IMG/VR virus record: IMGVR_UViG_3300032288_005579
Direction: 5' to 3' (one strand)
Length of the DNA: 64,000 nucleotides
Source: a virus
The notes beneath the pieces were generated by a model. That model did no database searches. It had not been told where the DNA came from and was given only the letters and a program-made list of their open reading frames with translations. The first letter of the stretch is position 1, and each line of letters starts with the position of its first letter. Positions 62,478 to 64,000 of the stretch are shown piece after piece. The position numbers and the translations under genes are program-made.

Positions 62478-64000
62478 ATGGCTAACATATCTTTTTACGG
62501 TTCGCACAACGCTGCGTATGTCGTAGAGAAAGACGGAGAGATTATACTAGTATTAGAGGTAGAGAGATTCTTAAACCACAAGAATAGTGGAATCGCCCAG
62601 TATAATTGTCCAAGAACTGACGATATTCTGTTTTTCGCAGAGTATATTCCTAAATGGATCATGAAAAAATTGGACATAGAAGAATTTGACAATTGCTTTT
62701 ATTCTAATAGCGATGTGATAATGGACGAAGTTCGTTATTGTTTACATAAAGCCATACCCGCCAAAAAATATACAGAGTGTTGGCATCACCAATCTCACGC
62801 AGCTGGAGCTTTTTATCAATCTAATCACAAGAAAGCATTGATATTCTCTTTCGACGGAGGAGGAAATGATGGAAAATTTTGTGTGTACACTTGCAATAGA
62901 GGAGAGTCTCCAAAATTATTGAAGAGCGTATTAAATCCTGTGCTGAATCATCCTCATATAGGTTATGATTTGGGATTTCCCTACATGGTATTAGCGCACT
63001 ATCTAAAAGATATAAAGTACGAAGATCTGGGAATGGGTAACTTAGTTTATCCTGGAAAACTTATGGGTCTTGCGTCATATGGAAAAGTTATTGAAGATTG
63101 GATACCCGCTTTCACAAAATTTTATAAGAGTAATCCAGATGGAGGAAATTATCACAGTAAAGTAAGCGAACTTTCTGAAGAAATTGGAGTAGTATTCGAT
63201 GTTAATAATCGTCTTGATGGACAAATCGCCTACGACATAGCGGCCACAACTCAGAGAGTGTTCGAAGATTGTTTCTTAGAAATCGCTAAACCCTATATTG
63301 ATGAGTACCCTGATTATCCCATTTGTGTAACAGGAGGATGCGGATTAAACATCATATTGAACACTAGATTAGTCACAGAATTAGAAAAAGAAGTTTTCGT
63401 AGGACCAGATCCAAATGATTGTGGAATTGCATTAGGAATGATGCTCAATTACTTGAAGCCAGCAAAACCTTACGATTCCACCTACTCAGGAACAGAACTA
63501 CTAGATATAGATACGCTTTCGGCTAAAATACAGGGCGTAGGATTCCCTATGAAGAGTCGAAGACTAAATCTTACAAATCTAGCAAAAGATATTGAAGCAG
63601 GCAAAATAGTGGGAGTAGCTAGAGGGAGATCAGAACACGGTCCTCGAGCACTAGGAAATAGAAGCATAATTTGCAATCCCGCAATCGCTAACATGAAAGA
63701 CGTGCTTAATGAAAAGGTAAAACACAGAGAGTGGTATAGGCCTTTTGCGCCCGTGGTTAGATTAGAAGATGTCAATAAGTACTTTGAATGGAATAAAGAA
63801 TCCAGATGGATGAGTTTTTGTCCCAAAGTAAAAGAAGAGTGGAAAAGCAGACTTGGAGCTATAACCCACGTAGATGGAACCGCGAGAGTTCAAACTGTTA
63901 CTAGAAAACAAAACGAATTCTTATACGATCTATTGACTGAATTTGAAAAGGTGACTGGCGTGGGAGTTTTACTCAATACCTCATTTAATGTGGACGGTAA
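62478..64000 (+). CDS. Carbamoyltransferase, NodU/CmcH/TobZ family, partial (runs off the window end; absent from the ORF track)
   Basis: GSHNAA...EVERF..HK, HHQSHAAGAFYQS, SFDGGG, GKLMGLASYG, TGGCGLN, NDCG.ALG, SEHGPRALGNRSI, KHREWYRPFAP, HVDGTARVQTV and LLNTSFN. Confidence 0.95.
   Translation, partial: MANISFYGSHNAAYVVEKDGEIILVLEVERFLNHKNSGIAQYNCPRTDDILFFAEYIPKWIMKKLDIEEFDNCFYSNSDVIMDEVRYCLHKAIPAKKYTECWHHQSHAAGAFYQSNHKKALIFSFDGGGNDGKFCVYTCNRGESPKLLKSVLNPVLNHPHIGYDLGFPYMVLAHYLKDIKYEDLGMGNLVYPGKLMGLASYGKVIEDWIPAFTKFYKSNPDGGNYHSKVSELSEEIGVVFDVNNRLDGQIAYDIAATTQRVFEDCFLEIAKPYIDEYPDYPICVTGGCGLNIILNTRLVTELEKEVFVGPDPNDCGIALGMMLNYLKPAKPYDSTYSGTELLDIDTLSAKIQGVGFPMKSRRLNLTNLAKDIEAGKIVGVARGRSEHGPRALGNRSIICNPAIANMKDVLNEKVKHREWYRPFAPVVRLEDVNKYFEWNKESRWMSFCPKVKEEWKSRLGAITHVDGTARVQTVTRKQNEFLYDLLTEFEKVTGVGVLLNTSFNVDG

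Noticed and set aside
312-63826. The many 60-190-aa ORFs in the track that overlap larger genes on the opposite strand or in another frame
   Set aside because: They have no recognisable motifs and are fully explained as shadow frames of well-supported genes.
63998-64000. TAA at the window end as the carbamoyltransferase stop
   Set aside because: It is out of frame. The frame from 62478 reads GAC GGT AA-, so the gene continues.
1-64000. Stop-codon reassignment, as seen in some large phages
   Set aside because: Long genes are intact under code 11, and TAA, TAG and TGA all end well-defined genes (for example MCP with TGA and the Mre11-Rad50 fusion with TAG).

Overview
This window is part of a large T4-like (myovirus-type) dsDNA phage genome in the standard genetic code. 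I saw no tRNA, rRNA or CRISPR array. Bases 1-16434 are a minus-strand block: baseplate genes (gp6-, gp25-, gp7- and gp5-like), a gp55-like late sigma factor, an HD hydrolase and a glutaredoxin. A structured divergent intergenic region (16435-16733) follows. The plus strand then carries a primase, a single-chain Mre11-Rad50 (gp47-gp46) fusion, about 16 kb of probable head-cargo genes rich in putative prohead-protease sites, a pyrimidine-dimer glycosylase, terminase, portal, protease, scaffold, major capsid protein, neck genes and two long fibre genes. The most notable part is 54.5-64 kb. An S74-chaperone mini-fibre precedes a 1626-aa protein with about 1430 aa of Thr/Ser/Pro (TPTISV) mucin-like repeats. 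Directly after it, behind a putative late promoter, are two GT60-like polypeptide GlcNAc-transferases and a NodU/CmcH-type carbamoyltransferase. I read this as a candidate phage-encoded mucin-type O-glycosylation system for a virion appendage. A strand-oriented ATATTTAT motif precedes 12 late genes or operons. All family calls come from motif recognition by eye; no searches were run.
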